Source of the DNA: Zootoca vivipara
Lineage: Eukaryota
Length of the DNA stretch: 64,000 nt
NCBI RefSeq assembly: GCF_963506605.1
Contig: NC_083278.1
Coordinates: 20,708,001 to 20,772,000, forward strand
Direction of reading: 5' to 3'
Shown piece after piece: positions 40,112-53,663 of the stretch. The notes beneath the pieces are model-generated. The model was not told the origin of the DNA. It saw only the letters and a list, made by a program, of their open reading frames with translations, and did no database searches. Position 1 is the first letter of the stretch. Each line of letters begins with the position of its first letter. Made by a program: the position numbers and the translations under genes.

Positions 40112-41013
40112 ATACAATGATCTAATTGCCAAGCAAAAAGGGGGGGGAGTTAGGCTTCCAGATGTTAAAAGGTTAAATGAACTCAATTGATTCATAGCAC
40201 ATACCTCACTGCCTGTGATACTTAGCTAAATATCCTTGTTTTCCCACCAGCTGGTAGCTGACTGTTATGTTACTTGGCAGAGAACTACTTTGGCTTATCT
40301 TCAGTACAATGCTTTTTAAAAAAATGTGCCTGTGACAGTGTGTGACAGCAAGAGAGAGGGAGAGATTTTTATGATTCTTTATAATAAATTTATACTGTGC
40401 CCTAAGGGGACTTGTAACTATCATTTATATTATGGGGAGCGTAGGTGTATATGTTTTTCAGATGGACTAAACCGCTCGGCTTTGTTTTATCGTTCCATTG
40501 CCCAATTGCTGATGAAGTATGATAGATTTACCTCTGGGAAAACTCATGCACTCACATAAAAGGATCCTTTTTTTGTGTGCCAACTGAAATGACATTTTGA
40601 GTGTGTGAGTTCACTAGAAGTACATGCTTATATATAGTTCAGTTCCCAGCGATAAAATTTTGGCTGCTTGTTGATGGTACATAAATAAATGAAATCTCTC
40701 CCACACCAGAATGGAATTTTCCCCACATCAGGATGAAGACACAAGATAATTGGGTTTGGATTAGAATTCCATTATTTTATTGGCTGCAAAGAACAAATAA
40801 CAGAAAGTCTGAGCAATACAGGAAGTCCCAGGTTGAAGAGCTTGATGGTTAAAGTTCACCACAGCTCTGATAAGGGAAGTACCACCCTTGCTTAAAGCAC
40901 GGGCCTGTCAAATCACTGAGCCATGTATTTAATTGGCTTTTCAGCAAGAGGGAAAAAAGAGTCTTGCGCTCCACCCAACCCGCCCTCCCTGGCCAGCATT
41001 GGATGGCCTAGAC

Positions 41014-41149
41014 CAGGCACCCACAAACTTGGCCCTCCAGCTGTTTCTAGACTACAATTCCCATCATCCCTAACCACTGGTCCTGTTAGGTAGGGATGAT
41101 GGGAGTTGTAGTCCCAAAACAGCTGGAGGGCAGAGTTTGGGGATGCCTG
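41014..41149. mobile_element. 136-bp palindromic hAT MITE
   Basis: TIR caggcacccacaaact / agtttggggatgcctg. TSD gcctagac / gcctaggc. Confidence 0.92.
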
Positions 41150-41250
41150 GCCTAGGCCATTTAGAACCCAAGGGGAACTTCCTTTTGACATCCTCAGGCC
41201 ATTCAGAAATAAGTGGTAAGTTGAAAGCCACTTTTTACTCACCAGGTATT

Positions 41251-41302
41251 TCATAGAATCATGGAATCATGGAATTGTAGAGTTGGAAGGGACCCTGAGG
41301 AT
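41251..41302 (-). mobile_element. CR1-type 3' end
   Basis: (catagaat/catggaat)n tail plus 'gagttggaagggaccc'. Confidence 0.75.
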
Positions 41303-41366
41303 TCAGGATGCTTTCCAATCTAATGTTAATCTTTTCTTGCCCACATTTATTACCAGTTGTGACCAA

Positions 41367-41565
41367 AGGGCTTGCCCAACCATGAGGCAAGGTGTGGCAA
41401 CTACCTCAGGTGCCAGGGTCCATAGGGGCAGCAGATCCCGATGTTGATCTTTCTTCCCTCTTGTTCCTGTAATAGCTCTTCACTCACCCCTTCTTCTCTG
41501 GTGGGGATGGAGGGGTGCTATTTTGTGGTTCACCTCGGGAGCCAAAATTCATTGGTACAGCCCTG
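41367..41565. mobile_element. Degraded hAT-like non-autonomous element
   Basis: 'agggcttgccc...cagccctg' termini with internal 'acctcaggtgcca' / 'acctcgggagcca' subrepeats. Confidence 0.45.
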
Positions 41566-42955
41566 AGCTAAGACCATCAGCAAAGCATATGAATAAAGTC
41601 ATTCTCCTTCTTCAGCTGAGTATTTCAAGGGTGACATGGAGGTCAAGATTTATTTTTTATTAAATTGAAGCATACCAAGTGGTACTGCTGGGTTAGTTGA
41701 AGGTTCAGCAGAGGATGAGCGAAGGGTTTTGTTTGTTTTGTTTTTAAAAGAGCTTTTATACGTATGGCTAAAGTGCCCACCACATTTTAAGAGAGAATTT
41801 TAAGAGCATACTGGAAGTTCCTTTCTTAAAGAAGGCAATGATAGCTGAAAAGGCCTTTACAGAATAGATATTAGTGTGTTGTTGCTATTGCAAAAGGCAC
41901 TGAGCACACTCATAGTTGATTACAAAGAATCCTTTCTATCTCCAACAGCAGAAATCCAATTTGTAATGCCAGTTTCTAGTTCCTGCTGTTACTGATGACA
42001 TTGTGAGAGAAAATTACATGGTGTGGAATTGGTATAGAAATGTGGTTATGGCAGCCTGCTTTTTACTGTTTTTAAATAATGATATTGTGCAATTAAACAT
42101 TCATACGTGCCTAGTACTTCACCTGTCAATGCCTTTCTTTTCTTTTTACCTCTTCATAATTTGTTACTTGGCAGTGCCAAACAAATTGTTTTAAATTACT
42201 TCAAGAAACACTTTAAATATGCATATTACAATTGCAGTATTGCCTTCATAAAACACATTCAGATTTAGCAATGTGATACCTGTTCTGCAGCCAAGAGATA
42301 GTGCTTCACTCATTAATTGAAGGTTGTTGATAGTATCACTGGATATAATACACCAGAGTTTTCTAGATGTTTAATCTTTACATTTTTATTTTGTATCTGT
42401 CATCAGCTAATTGACTGAAGCTCTGAGTCTTATTAGACCAAGCACAGAAAAGTACTTGTATTCAGCACACTGCAGGATCTGTGCTTTACTTAACGTGAAA
42501 CAGCATGTCACTGTGTGCCACAGAAAGAATGAATATCCTTAGCTGAAGCACTAAAGTGCTAGATATTCTGCTCACCATGGGCGTATCTTTGGCAGTTGGC
42601 TATATGTTCTTTATAAAATCTATTTTATAGGCTAATCCTTGGGTCTCTGGTGTGCCAATGCCCTCAGATCTTTGGTACCTGTGAAGGCCTCTGTTCATCA
42701 TTATCATTATTAGGCTTTTTTGTTTTTCTTGTGGTTTAGCTTCCAATGTTGCCTTTTATCTGTGTTTCATGTATTTCTGTGTGTATAGGTGTGGTGTTGG
42801 CCTATGGGTTGTTTTTTTTCCCCTGGGTGTGTTTCTAAGTACAAATGTGAAGTTTAGAAAACACATCCCTCTCCCTCCCCGCACAATTTTTCTGTCCCCA
42901 GCCTAACCCTATACGTATAGGATTGCCTTCAGATGGCTCAGAGGTCAGATAACCT

Positions 42956-43091
42956 CATACTTTCCAACATTTCTCCAGTGAAAATAAGGACGTCCTAAGG
43001 AAAAGCGGGACATTCCAGGATCAAATCATAAACCGGGATGGCTTCTCTAAACCAGGGACATCCCTAGAAAATAAGGACACTTGGAGGGTCT
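42956..43091. mobile_element. Non-autonomous DNA element with repeated 'gaaaatagggac'-like motifs
   Basis: catactttccaa / ttggagggtct termini and several (a/g)ggac subrepeats. Confidence 0.65.
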
Positions 43092-43385
43092 AGAATCCTA
43101 GGTGCAAAAAGATGTTTATTTCCTCATCAGAATATATTACCTGCTTTTCAAAACTGCATATTGGGTATTCTGTTGAACTAGGGTGGGGAAAAATATTCTA
43201 TCCTGTTTCTCCATTGATCTTCATTAAAAAGAGGGGGGAAACTGGTTGCTTTTTTCAATGTATTTTGCTTTATTAACAAAATGTGAAAGCCAGATCAGGT
43301 CAGTTTTGTATTGGAATTCACAAGCATCAAGTTCTTCAATCATTCATATCTGAGTTTTCATAAAGTTGCCTGAAGTGTTCTAGAG

Positions 43386-43521
43386 CAGGCATCCCCAACC
43401 TGCGGCCCTCCAGATGTTTTGGCCTACAACTCCCATGATCCCTAGCTAACAGGACCAGTGGACAGGGATGATGGGAATTGTAGTCCAAAACATCTGGAGG
43501 GCCGAAGGTTGGGGATGCCTG
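43386..43521. mobile_element. 136-bp palindromic hAT (Charlie-type) MITE, young copy
   Basis: Perfect TIR caggcatccccaacct / aggttggggatgcctg. Perfect 8-bp TSD ttctagag at 43378-43385 and 43522-43529. Confidence 0.95.
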
Positions 43522-44548
43522 TTCTAGAGCATTGTCTTTCTCTAAAAAAAAAAAAAAGGATGTGTGGTGGGAAATGACAGGTTTCCATCATTTTACCTCA
43601 CTTTCTGTATTTTCTGAGGTCCAGAAGTATGTCCCTATTTATAACCTGTACTATCAATTTGTCTTGCCAGAGTCACATCTTCTTTTTTTAACACGTTCTT
43701 TGGCCTATTCATGTAGAGGTTACCAAGGAGAAATGCTAAGCAATATTAGGATATGGTTGTGTTAAATGCAAAGTATATTCAATCCCTGGAAGAAAAGATG
43801 AACAGATAAAATATCTCAAGACATCTTTGCACAGCCAGTTTGGAATTTTGCATTTGCTTTGACAGTGTAGGGCAAGCTTTTTGGTTTTTTAAAAAAACAT
43901 ATCCTTGTGTTAATTTATTTTCTTCAGGGCTTGTTTCAGCATTAGCATTAGCTAGCACTCTGGCTATTCAGCCAATTTGATCTGACTGCCCTGTGACTGG
44001 CTCTTGTTTGGAAAACAAGCTCCTGCTTGTACAGTTCCTGATCGGGTGAATACTCAGTACTTTGTATAGGGGCAATTCTGTTCATTCTTTGGGAAACAGG
44101 AATCTCATTTACAAAACAGTTCCTGCCGGTTGGCTAAGAATGTGCATTAACTGTTTGCCCTTTCAGCTGAAGGGTAAGTGCTAAAAATTAGCTGAGCAAA
44201 ACTAACAGCATTAATGACAAATGTTGGGAAAAATAAGGCTTACCACAAGGCCCTACCAAAGGGCCCTTACCAAGTTATCTAACTTTAAGCTTTCTAAAAT
44301 TCCTTCTCTGTACATGCCTTTAGGCCACACAGGGCATAAACCCAACAAGATAATTACTATGTGGATACTGCAGGAGGGCATGTTTATTTAAAATACAAGT
44401 TTACTGAAAAGAGTGAACTCTTAAAGATGGTTAAGTAAAATCCCAAATGATGAAGGATTGTCAGTGTACAGAGCTATCCAAGAAATTGCATAATCCCTAC
44501 GTTACTGATAGAGAAACTCAGAATCAGAAATACTTTAAATATCTAGAA

Positions 44549-44684
44549 CAGGCACTCCCAAACTTCGGCCCTCCAGATGTATTGGACTACAATTCCCATC
44601 TTCCCCGATCACAGGTCCTGTTAGCTAGGGATCATGGGAGTTGTAGGCCAAAACATCTGGTGGGCCGCAGTTTGGGGATGCCTG
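44549..44684. mobile_element. 136-bp palindromic hAT MITE
   Basis: Perfect TSD atctagaa at 44541-44548 and 44685-44692. Confidence 0.95.
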
Positions 44685-45703
44685 ATCTAGAACAAAAATT
44701 GCTTAAATTGCACCACGAGAAATCCAGAAGGCACTAAAAAATAACCAAGCCAAATGTTTAATTCCACTAAAACCAGTTTACTCTGTTTCAACTAGAGCAG
44801 ATTTTCCCCATTCCATTATTTTTACATGGATTCATACTTGCCTTTTGAACTCATTTAATCAAATATGTGCTGGTGTGCAACAGTAACCTATAAGATATGG
44901 GCTAATTGGCAGGTGGGCATTACCCATCACTGCTGTAAGGGGAGTCAAGTGCAATGTAACAACTTCAGCATATTGCACATGAGTAGTTGTCTGAATGGAG
45001 TTTGTAAATAAAAAATGGAAGAATGGTAGATTGTTACTTATTAGTGCCTAAACCCCTAAATCTGAAGACAAATTCAGATGAGCTTCAAAAGCATCCCTAA
45101 TTTTAACTGCCTAATATATTCCTGTTAATTAGTTAGTGGCAATTTGTTTCATATTTTAAATAATAGATATTTTCATTCTGATATCGTTCATTTTGAGAGA
45201 GAGAAATTGAATGAGTTTAGCTTTTCTCCAGATTTTAACAGTCCATTTAATATGCATGAGATTCCTTGGTTTTCAAAGAAAGCTCATGATTCAGATTATC
45301 CTCTGCTGGGATTTGCTGCAACCGCAGATGAGTTCATGGACTGGGGCACACCAAGAGCACAATGTCACAACACAAAATGTGCATGGCAGTGACATTGCAT
45401 TGGTATTTCAGATGGAGGCAGTTAAGCAAATACTTAGAATTGGTGTGTGAATCCTAAAAAAAATGAGCCACACTCTTTTCAGCAAACTTCCCAAAGAACA
45501 GGACAAAACATTTAGAGAAGTCTTGGAGCCTAAGTTGTGGCTGTGTGCCTGTTAAAAGATCAAATAGGGCATAGGATGCAGGAAACATATCTGAATATGT
45601 GGCTAGAGTTGGCAAGAAAATACAGACACAGTGAAAGGGGTCTTAACAGATATGTGTGGGAGCTGACTCAGCTTTGTGTGATGGTAAAAAGGATCTCATA
45701 GAA

Positions 45704-45822
45704 CAGTGTTCCCCAAACTTGGGTCTCCAGCTGTTTGGGGACTACAGTTCCCACCATCCCTAACCACTGGTCTTGCTAGCAAGGGATGATGGGAGCTGGA
45801 GACCCAAGTTTGGAAAACACTG
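45704..45822. mobile_element. hAT MITE (related subfamily, internal deletion)
   Basis: TIR cagtgttccccaaacttgggtctccagct / agctggagacccaagtttggaaaacactg. TSD tcatagaa / gcatagaa. Confidence 0.9.
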
Positions 45823-47498
45823 GCATAGAATAAAAAGGGGAAATACGTTAGAAGTTGTGAAGTTTCCAGTGGAAAGAACAGTCAGTATCACCAAATTTAA
45901 TAGGATTTATTACCAAATAATAGTCTTGAAGAGCAAGTAAGTAGAGTGAAAGGCTTTGCAAAGCTTTGGGATATTTTCCAGTCAATTAAAAGCATATTGT
46001 TCTGTATAAGGTACTAAACATCCCTTCCTATATGTACATTATAGGGGGGAATGGGCCAAAATTGTTTCCTCATTGAAAACATCAGATGTGAAACATTGTT
46101 TATGTCCTGACTGAGGTATTAATATTCAGTTCAGCTTCCAACTGTTCTGGTGCCAATTAATGTTAATACAAGTTATGTGGCAAGCTTCCCACTGACTCAC
46201 CTAGAATCTCTGTGCTAGAAGCTTAAAGTTTACCATGATTGTGCTAATGAAAATATTAGTTGGTAAAAATGTAATTCAATAAATATTGATTGGGGAATGT
46301 ATTTTCCACACAGAACTTTCCAGCCACCAATCTGGGGCAACAAGCAGGTTTTTGGACCAACCCCATCATTTATTTCCCACAAATGTAGTCTCTTTCATTT
46401 TCTCCAAAAGGTTAATAACACCCATTCACTTCAGTGCCTGCAATGAAGGGATGTTTGCCCACCATGTGCCAGTTTAGTCACTGGAACCATTGAGTACTGA
46501 GCTACTCTAATGAGATTCTGAATAACCTCATCCCAGGTTCCATTTCTTGATCATGCTAGAATATGATGGAGCCCAGGATGAAATTTTCTGTATCAAATTT
46601 TGCACACCCATTTGGCCACTTTCACAGACTTTCACAGCACTGGAATTGCTTCCAGCATGGCTTTGATAATACTTTTGCCAAACCCATCTGCATGTTGCCT
46701 TGAGCATTTATAATGACTTTGCTTCAGACAATATCATATGAATTCTGCACTGCTGTCCTACTTTTCTGAGCAGTTCATGCTTAATTCCCCCCAGCTCGAG
46801 TTTGCTATGACTGTTTTCACTGCTCAGCATGGATGTCCTTGGAAATAAATCGGGGCTGGGGGCAGGTCTGTGAATTGGAACTACAGGTTGTTGAATGGAG
46901 TGTTTGCAGACTTTATACAACTGATCCCCAAGCACCATTGCATGTTGATGAGGAGAAACAATGAGGGGTTATACATTACAGGACTAACTTCTAACAAATT
47001 GCTTTATTTGTCCATTTAACAGAGTGAGGCACTAGGAAGGACATACAGCTTCAATTTGTCCACTGAACAACAATATTGTAGAAATCTAACCCAGTTGAAA
47101 AATCCCCAAGTCTGAATTTCACACATTTTATGCAGAATCTGCCTTGGCTGTGGTGAATGCCAGACATAAAGTCTGAAACCAGTCAGACATTTCTTTTTCT
47201 TTTTGGTAAATGCTTGACTGTCCATAGCATAAAGGAAAATGCAATGCAAAGTGAATTGTTCTTTACAGAAAAACTGGAGTCTTTGGAGGCCTTGGCCAAA
47301 ACGGTAAACAACTTCTTTGATAAATTCCTCTTTGGGATTGGTCTTCAACTTTTTTTCTGTGGACACAAGCAAGATAATAGGTCTTCATTCAATGTCAAGT
47401 ACAGCCATGTCTTTACCCAGCACAAAATGCTGAATGATTGTTCAGTTTTGCATGTTGTAACTAGAAGGAAAAGTGCTGTAAGAATGGTCATTTTAATA

Positions 47499-47999
47499 CA
47501 GTGGTACCTCAGTTTATGAACACAATTGGTTCCGGAAATCTGTTCATAAACTGAAGCAAACTTTCCCATTGAAAGTAATGGAAAGTGGATTAATCTGTTC
47601 CAGACGGTCCGCGGAGTACTTAAACTGAAGCGTTCATAAACTGAAGCAAACTTTCCCATTGAAAGTAATGGAAAGTGGATTAATCTGTTCCAGACAGTCC
47701 GTGGAGTACTTAAACTGAAGTGTTCATAAACTGAAGCGAACTTTCCCATTGAAAGTAATGGAAAGTGGATTAATCCATTCCAAACGGGTCCGCAGAGTAC
47801 TCAACTTGAAGCGTACTTAACCCGAAGCATGGGTGTAATTGGTTCCGGTAGTCTGTTCATAAACTGAAGCGTTCATAAACTGAAGCAAACTTTCCCATTG
47901 AAAGTAATGGAAAGTGAATCAATCCGTTCCAGATGGGTCCGCAGCATTCGTAAACCGAAAATTCATAAACCGAGGTGTTCATAAACTGAGGTTCCACTG
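47499..47999. mobile_element. Tc1/mariner (Tigger/pogo-like) non-autonomous transposon with internal 90-bp repeats
   Basis: TA TSD. TIR cagtggtacctcagtttatgaacac / gtgttcataaactgaggttccactg. Repeat units start at 47542, 47632, 47722 and 47871. Confidence 0.92.
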
Positions 48000-48836
48000 T
48001 AGTAGGGAACAGCTCTATATGAATCTCTGTCATGATGAAGTGACAGTCCCAAAGCAGAACTGTGGTGGTGGTGCAAAATCTGTCGTTTGAATCAGGTCTA
48101 TAACACACTATAGCCCTTGTGTTAAAGAACAAACAAAACTGCAGTCCTAATAGACAAACCTAGCAAGCCATGAGCATGAGGCATGAGTTAGCACCACCAA
48201 ATACACTGAAGGAAATTCCCACTGCAGCTCTTTCACTTTGGCTTACTCCACACATGCCCTGATCTGCCAATAAAGACGACTTGTATTTTCCACAGTGACC
48301 TGCATTTAGAAGTGACCACTTTACTGTAAAACTCTACTAGCCTTAGGATGTTGTAATAAACTTTAAAAGAGCATAGGTGAGAGAGACTAGAAATGTTTTG
48401 TTGAAAAGGTTCACCTATATGTTTACAAAGCCATTGACAAGAGATTATTTTCCCAGCAAAATACACCATGGGTGTCAGTGCATGACTAATATGGTGCTAG
48501 AGCAAGCAAAAGGCCTTGTATCAACAGAAATGTTACACTATTGAATCTCCTTTCCATGCAAATGAACGTTGCACATATATAGCATAACTATGGCTTCCAG
48601 CACAGCTACATTTAACTTCAAAAAAATGAAAAGGAGATTAACCCCCCTTGAATTTTCCCTTCAAACTCTCTAGAACACTTGGTGGTTATTCAAAATAATG
48701 ATAACAGAAGCTCACATAGAATGTACACCACAAATCACAAAACGTAATGTTAGAGATGGACATTTGACTTCCTGAGGCAAAGGCCAAGATGGCGCCCATC
48801 CCTATTCCATAGTCCTTGAATCGTAAACCTCTCAAA

Positions 48837-48967
48837 TGTGAGGAACCAGTGGCCTTTGAGAGGTTGCTGAACTACAACTCCCATCATCCCTGATCATTGG
48901 CCATGTTTTCTGGAGCTAGTAAGAGTTGTAGTTCAGCAATCTCTCAAAGGCCACCGATTCCTCACAC
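48837..48967. mobile_element. Palindromic MITE
   Basis: 44-nt arms with 3 mismatches around an 'actacaactcccatcatccc' core. Confidence 0.85.
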
Positions 48968-50076
48968 ATTTTTTATAATGTTTGCAACTTAAGTGATCAT
49001 AAAAAAAAGAAAAGAGAAAAGAACCACCAACTTTCTCCCATTGCAAATGCTGTGACCTCACTGAATAGCCATGTATTGTACCTCTTTTTTTTCTGAAGAT
49101 GTCTAGGAGAGGAAATTGCTTTTGGGCCAGTTTAGACTCCTCAGTCGGAGGGACTGAAATGACTGTGGAAGGTTCAGAGTTTGGCTACTGCTCCCCTTCC
49201 TCACTGGATAATCTGTTAACACTGAGTCTAGTTCTGGCAAATTCAGGGGTCAGGATTACTGCTGAACAGGTAACTCCTCTGAATTATCATCAGGGAGTTC
49301 TGTGAGCTGCTTAACAAAGCACAAGGTAATGCTTGATGTGGGTGCTCATGCATAGCATTGTATGCACAGCTGCCTGGTCTGCGCAGAAATTTGCTCCTTC
49401 TTCAAGGAGAATGAACTGCCCCTAGAAATGTACAAATGTACCTAGCTTTATTTTTAATGGTCTCATGTCTGAACTATAATGATGTGTTTCTTACTGCCTT
49501 CCCCCAGTCCTCTTTCATTTTCAGTAAATTCAAACATTTCTGCTAAATTGTGCTACCTGTGCACATTTGCTCAGCCATAAATTATATATACTTCTTGGAG
49601 AACTGTGTACATGTCCCACCCTGTATCTACAAAATAATTTGTGATGTGGAGCAATGTAAAGAGATGGGTGACACAAACACATGCACCAGCTGTTAATCGA
49701 TCTCAATATACATATACAGTAGACTTGTGTGCACACATAAAGACCTTTGCAGATTATGCTACTTTTGCTTTATATCTGGCATCAGGCAGTGTTCTTTTTA
49801 GCAAGGAAATGACTTGCTTTTTAGCAAGGAAATAGCTTGATATCTTGGAAAGCATGAAAGTTGACTGCAATATAATTTTCCGTGATAACATTGCAAATGC
49901 CCAGATTTATGACTGTAAATAAGAAGCCCAATAATAGTAATGATAAAATCCAACATAGCAGTATGGAATACTCAATGAATGCACCATACATTTGCCACCA
50001 GACATGCCTGTGTCTCCTTTGCTATACACATTCCTATATGTTCACTCAGACTTATCTTGCCTGAAAGTACTGTTCA

Positions 50077-50089
50077 GTTGCCAGGCAAC
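50077..50089. promoter_or_regulatory. Candidate RFX X-box
   Basis: GTTGCC-A-GGCAAC palindrome with perfect half-sites. Motif match only. Confidence 0.35.
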
Positions 50090-50195
50090 CATGGCAGTTC
50101 TGGTATGCAACGCATTGCAGGCAAAGTGCCATCCTGCTTTCTTAGCACACAACTAACATATATTCATGACACAGAAAGAATGGTTTGCCTTCTTA

Positions 50196-50198
<3 letters not shown>

Positions 50199-50267
<69 letters not shown>

Positions 50268-50268
50268 A
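50199..50268. repeat. Compound (CT)n(CA)n microsatellite
   Basis: Direct reading. Confidence 0.95.
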
Positions 50269-50542
50269 CCTGAATTCTTCGTATTCGTTAAGCCAGTAAT
50301 GCACACATCTTGATTTTCATCCTTTAAAAATGCTTGCAAATGTATTGTGACTTACAAATGCATAAATAACACCCCCAAAATTGCACAAAATGTTTAGTTT
50401 TGGACAGAATGTAAAAAAAGGGGGGGGATATGTTGAGCCAACACTTAAGGCACAGGTAAATGTAATACAATTTCCTGCAGCTTACATTGTATTCAGGGCA
50501 CAGAGGTGCTGCCTCTGCTCTCAGCAGAAGGTAAGTGTGCCT

Positions 50543-50571
50543 AACAACAACAACAACAACAACAACAACAA
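50543..50571. repeat. (AAC)n microsatellite
   Basis: Direct reading. Confidence 0.9.
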
Positions 50572-52439
50572 TCATAATATTAAATCTTCATCATTGAGTT
50601 TTATGGATGCAGCAGATCCCAACACAGAATGTCCCTTGTTGATACAATTATCCTATATTTGTGTAGACCCAGGAAATGAAAATTAATTTAATGATTCCTT
50701 AGCACCTTTCCTCAAGCACTTTTGGTTTTCTTTGTGGCTGCCAAGTCAGTATTACAAACTTGTGCTTATAACCTGATGAGCTGTTCTGCTACAGGCATTT
50801 GGGTGCAGGCTGTGTGTCTAAATTGTATGGACCCAAAATAACCAACATATGAAGAACCTGCATATTTATTTTGTTTAAGTCACTGACAAATATCAGATCT
50901 TATGACAAGGTCATATATCTTTGTTTTCTGCCACTATGAAAGCAGTCAGAATGGCTCTTTTGCTAGGGTGATTTTTTTTATAAAAAAAAGTGTTGCTTGA
51001 ATTGTAGTTTTAAGTTTTAAAATTTTGTTCTTTTATCTTTGTTTTCAAATCATGTATTACTTTTCTCATTATCTTCTGTTGTTTTTGACTGTGTGCTGCT
51101 TTGAACAGGCACTTGCCCAGAAAAGCATACTAAAAAAATATTTAAAATAAATTGGGAAGGCCAGTCATTTAATTAGGTGGTAGAATGTGGAAGGGTGCAC
51201 TTAGCAAAGGATCCACTATTTGCATGGGTGTTAAATCTGTTCCCTGTCCCTGGTGATCGCAGTCACTGAGAAGCAAGCCTGCCCCTGTCTTCATAGTCTA
51301 CCCTAGATTCTGTTTCATGGTTACATTACAGAGTGGTGGATTTGCCCAAGACACACTGATTATTAAGCTGGTGGTTTATTTGCATCTGCCAATCAAAACT
51401 TGGAGTATGCCGTTTAGTTCATAATAAAAGTCTTTATTCCAGCACAAAGTTAACCAAATTATATATGGTGAGGTGGAATTTTATATTCTCTTGTCATTGT
51501 GAACAGCCAATTATAGTAAGGGGCACTTCCAACAGAACAAAACATAATTCTATGCTTTCAGAAAGTTGAACCAGAGTAATTCACAGTATCACTTTCACAT
51601 TGAAGTGTCAACCAGGTTGCCTTAAACCCTATCCGTATGATACTTTTGGATGAGGGAACCTCATCATGATGCAATTTTACTGTTTGGGGTGGGGAATATG
51701 CTATTGATTTAGATATGCCTCCATGCAGTAAGATGTAATATTTAGCAGGATACAGGATATGAGATTCTGTGATAATAAGTACTGGCTCTTACCATGTGAG
51801 GGTACCTTGAAACAGTACATTTAGCATGCAAAAAACAACAACCCATAATTGAGAATACCACCTTATGGTGAGCTTACCCCATCTGAAAGTTACATGTGTT
51901 CTGGGCTTGAATAAGAAAATGAGATAGCTATGCCAGGTTCATTATACCCTGAGGCAGAATTAATCAAATGCTGAGTTGAAGGTCACCTAGAAAGTTTAAG
52001 GTGTCACACATGGCTAGGTTTGGAAAGTTGCATTGCAACAGTGCTGGTGTGACGAACCTCTCTTCTCTATTACTAACTGTGTGCTGAAGGAATTCAGTTG
52101 AGGATCACACAAACCCCCATTCCTTCTTTCTCCCAAATAAACTCCCTGTTTACATATGGGTTTGCTAGTACATAGAGTACAATTCCAGCTTTCCAAATAA
52201 CATGGCTCTGTATCCTTAAAAACTCTAGGCAAATTTTACAGGAACAATCTAGTGCCCTCAGTAAGGTTTCCCTCTCAACTCAGGTTCACCTCAGCAGCTG
52301 TTTGCCTCAGCACTCTAGCTACTTCAAGGCACTCTTTCCCTTCACTTGCCTCCTCTGTGCGTGACTTTGAGATACAAACTATTCACCTGCTCCTCAGGCT
52401 TAGTTTTATCTCCACTCTTCAGTCACCACCCTTTTGAGT

Positions 52440-52800
52440 TTAGATACGTTGCTGGAATAAGGAGGAACATCCAATTTGACACAACATAGATGAAAGCTTT
52501 ATTTAACTGGAGAACATGTATATTTCTTTATGATTTCATTTGTTTAAACTCTAAGTTCAACATATTCGATTATTCCATTAAACCAGTACATTCAATTAAT
52601 CCTAGTATCCAACTAAAACCTCCCCATTTTCCCACTATATCTCTCTCACTCCCTCGTCCCTCTTCTTCCCTCTCAACTGTCAACCCCCAACTGCCTTTCA
52701 ACGGTTGTTCCCCCTCCATTTAGAATGCCATCTAGCTCCGCCTCCCAGGGAACACCTGCCTATCATGGGTGTAATAGGTTAACCCATGATGAACCGGAAT
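52440..52800 (-). mobile_element. LTR-like remnant
   Basis: Minus-strand order of GC box (ggaggcggag), TATA-like site, purine-rich tract and AATAAAG. Termini and TSD not resolved. Confidence 0.35.
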
Positions 52801-53663
52801 CATCATCAGGCACTATTCCGCCACAGCTGGTTGCTCTGAAAGCTCACAGATGGTGTAAAATGCAGGCAATGTAGCATGCCATGGGGTTTATCTGGGCTGC
52901 ACCAGTCATGAAAGTTGGCCTTCTGTCTATACTTATTCCATTATCATACTATTTCTGAAACTATTGTTTATTGGAACTGAAAGCAGAAAGAGGAAGTCAA
53001 GCATTAAATACACCATAAAGCTTTCATTTGAACACGGACTTTATAAATAATTGCCAGTGCTCTAAAAGAATAGTTCTGAGCTGCAATCTTAAACGTGTGG
53101 GTTGGGTTTTTTTTTTGCTGTTTTTTTTTTTAAAAAGAACACATTCTTAGGGGAGGGAAGCTTTTTCAATATGATCTCCTTCAGGATAATTAAATGGAGG
53201 GGGAGTAACCATTTAAGCTTTCCTTACATTTCTGACAAATGGCCTTCTCATTTGGTAAGTGGCAGCTTTTTGCATACCATTTATTTAAGCTTACAGCACT
53301 TAAGTGATCCTTCTGACATAGTCATCCAGGTTTAGGAATTGGAGACCATGTAATTTTATGCTTCAGCTCCAGCAAATGTGATAGTATGCTGATCTCCTTA
53401 ATGGCAGCTTTCTAATAATGCAACAATAGACATTATGCTTTTAGCTGGCAGACACCCACACACTGAGCCACCCACATGCTGCCAGAATCCAAAGCCCACA
53501 ATAGTGTTCAGATTTACATTTTGAGAGCTGTAAACTTATTTATGCTTTTTACTACCAGTATGGAAAGGGTTTTTTCCCCACAAAGTCCCCCCCCTCTGCT
53601 TCAGAATTGTACATTCATGTCACATCACTTACTGCCAAGCCTGAGCAGAATACAGCAAGTGCG

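Noticed and set aside
47542-47935. CRISPR-like array or repeat protein (ORF 47345-47749)
   Set aside because: The units are tandem near-identical repeats without unique spacers, inside a TA-flanked TIR element in a eukaryote.
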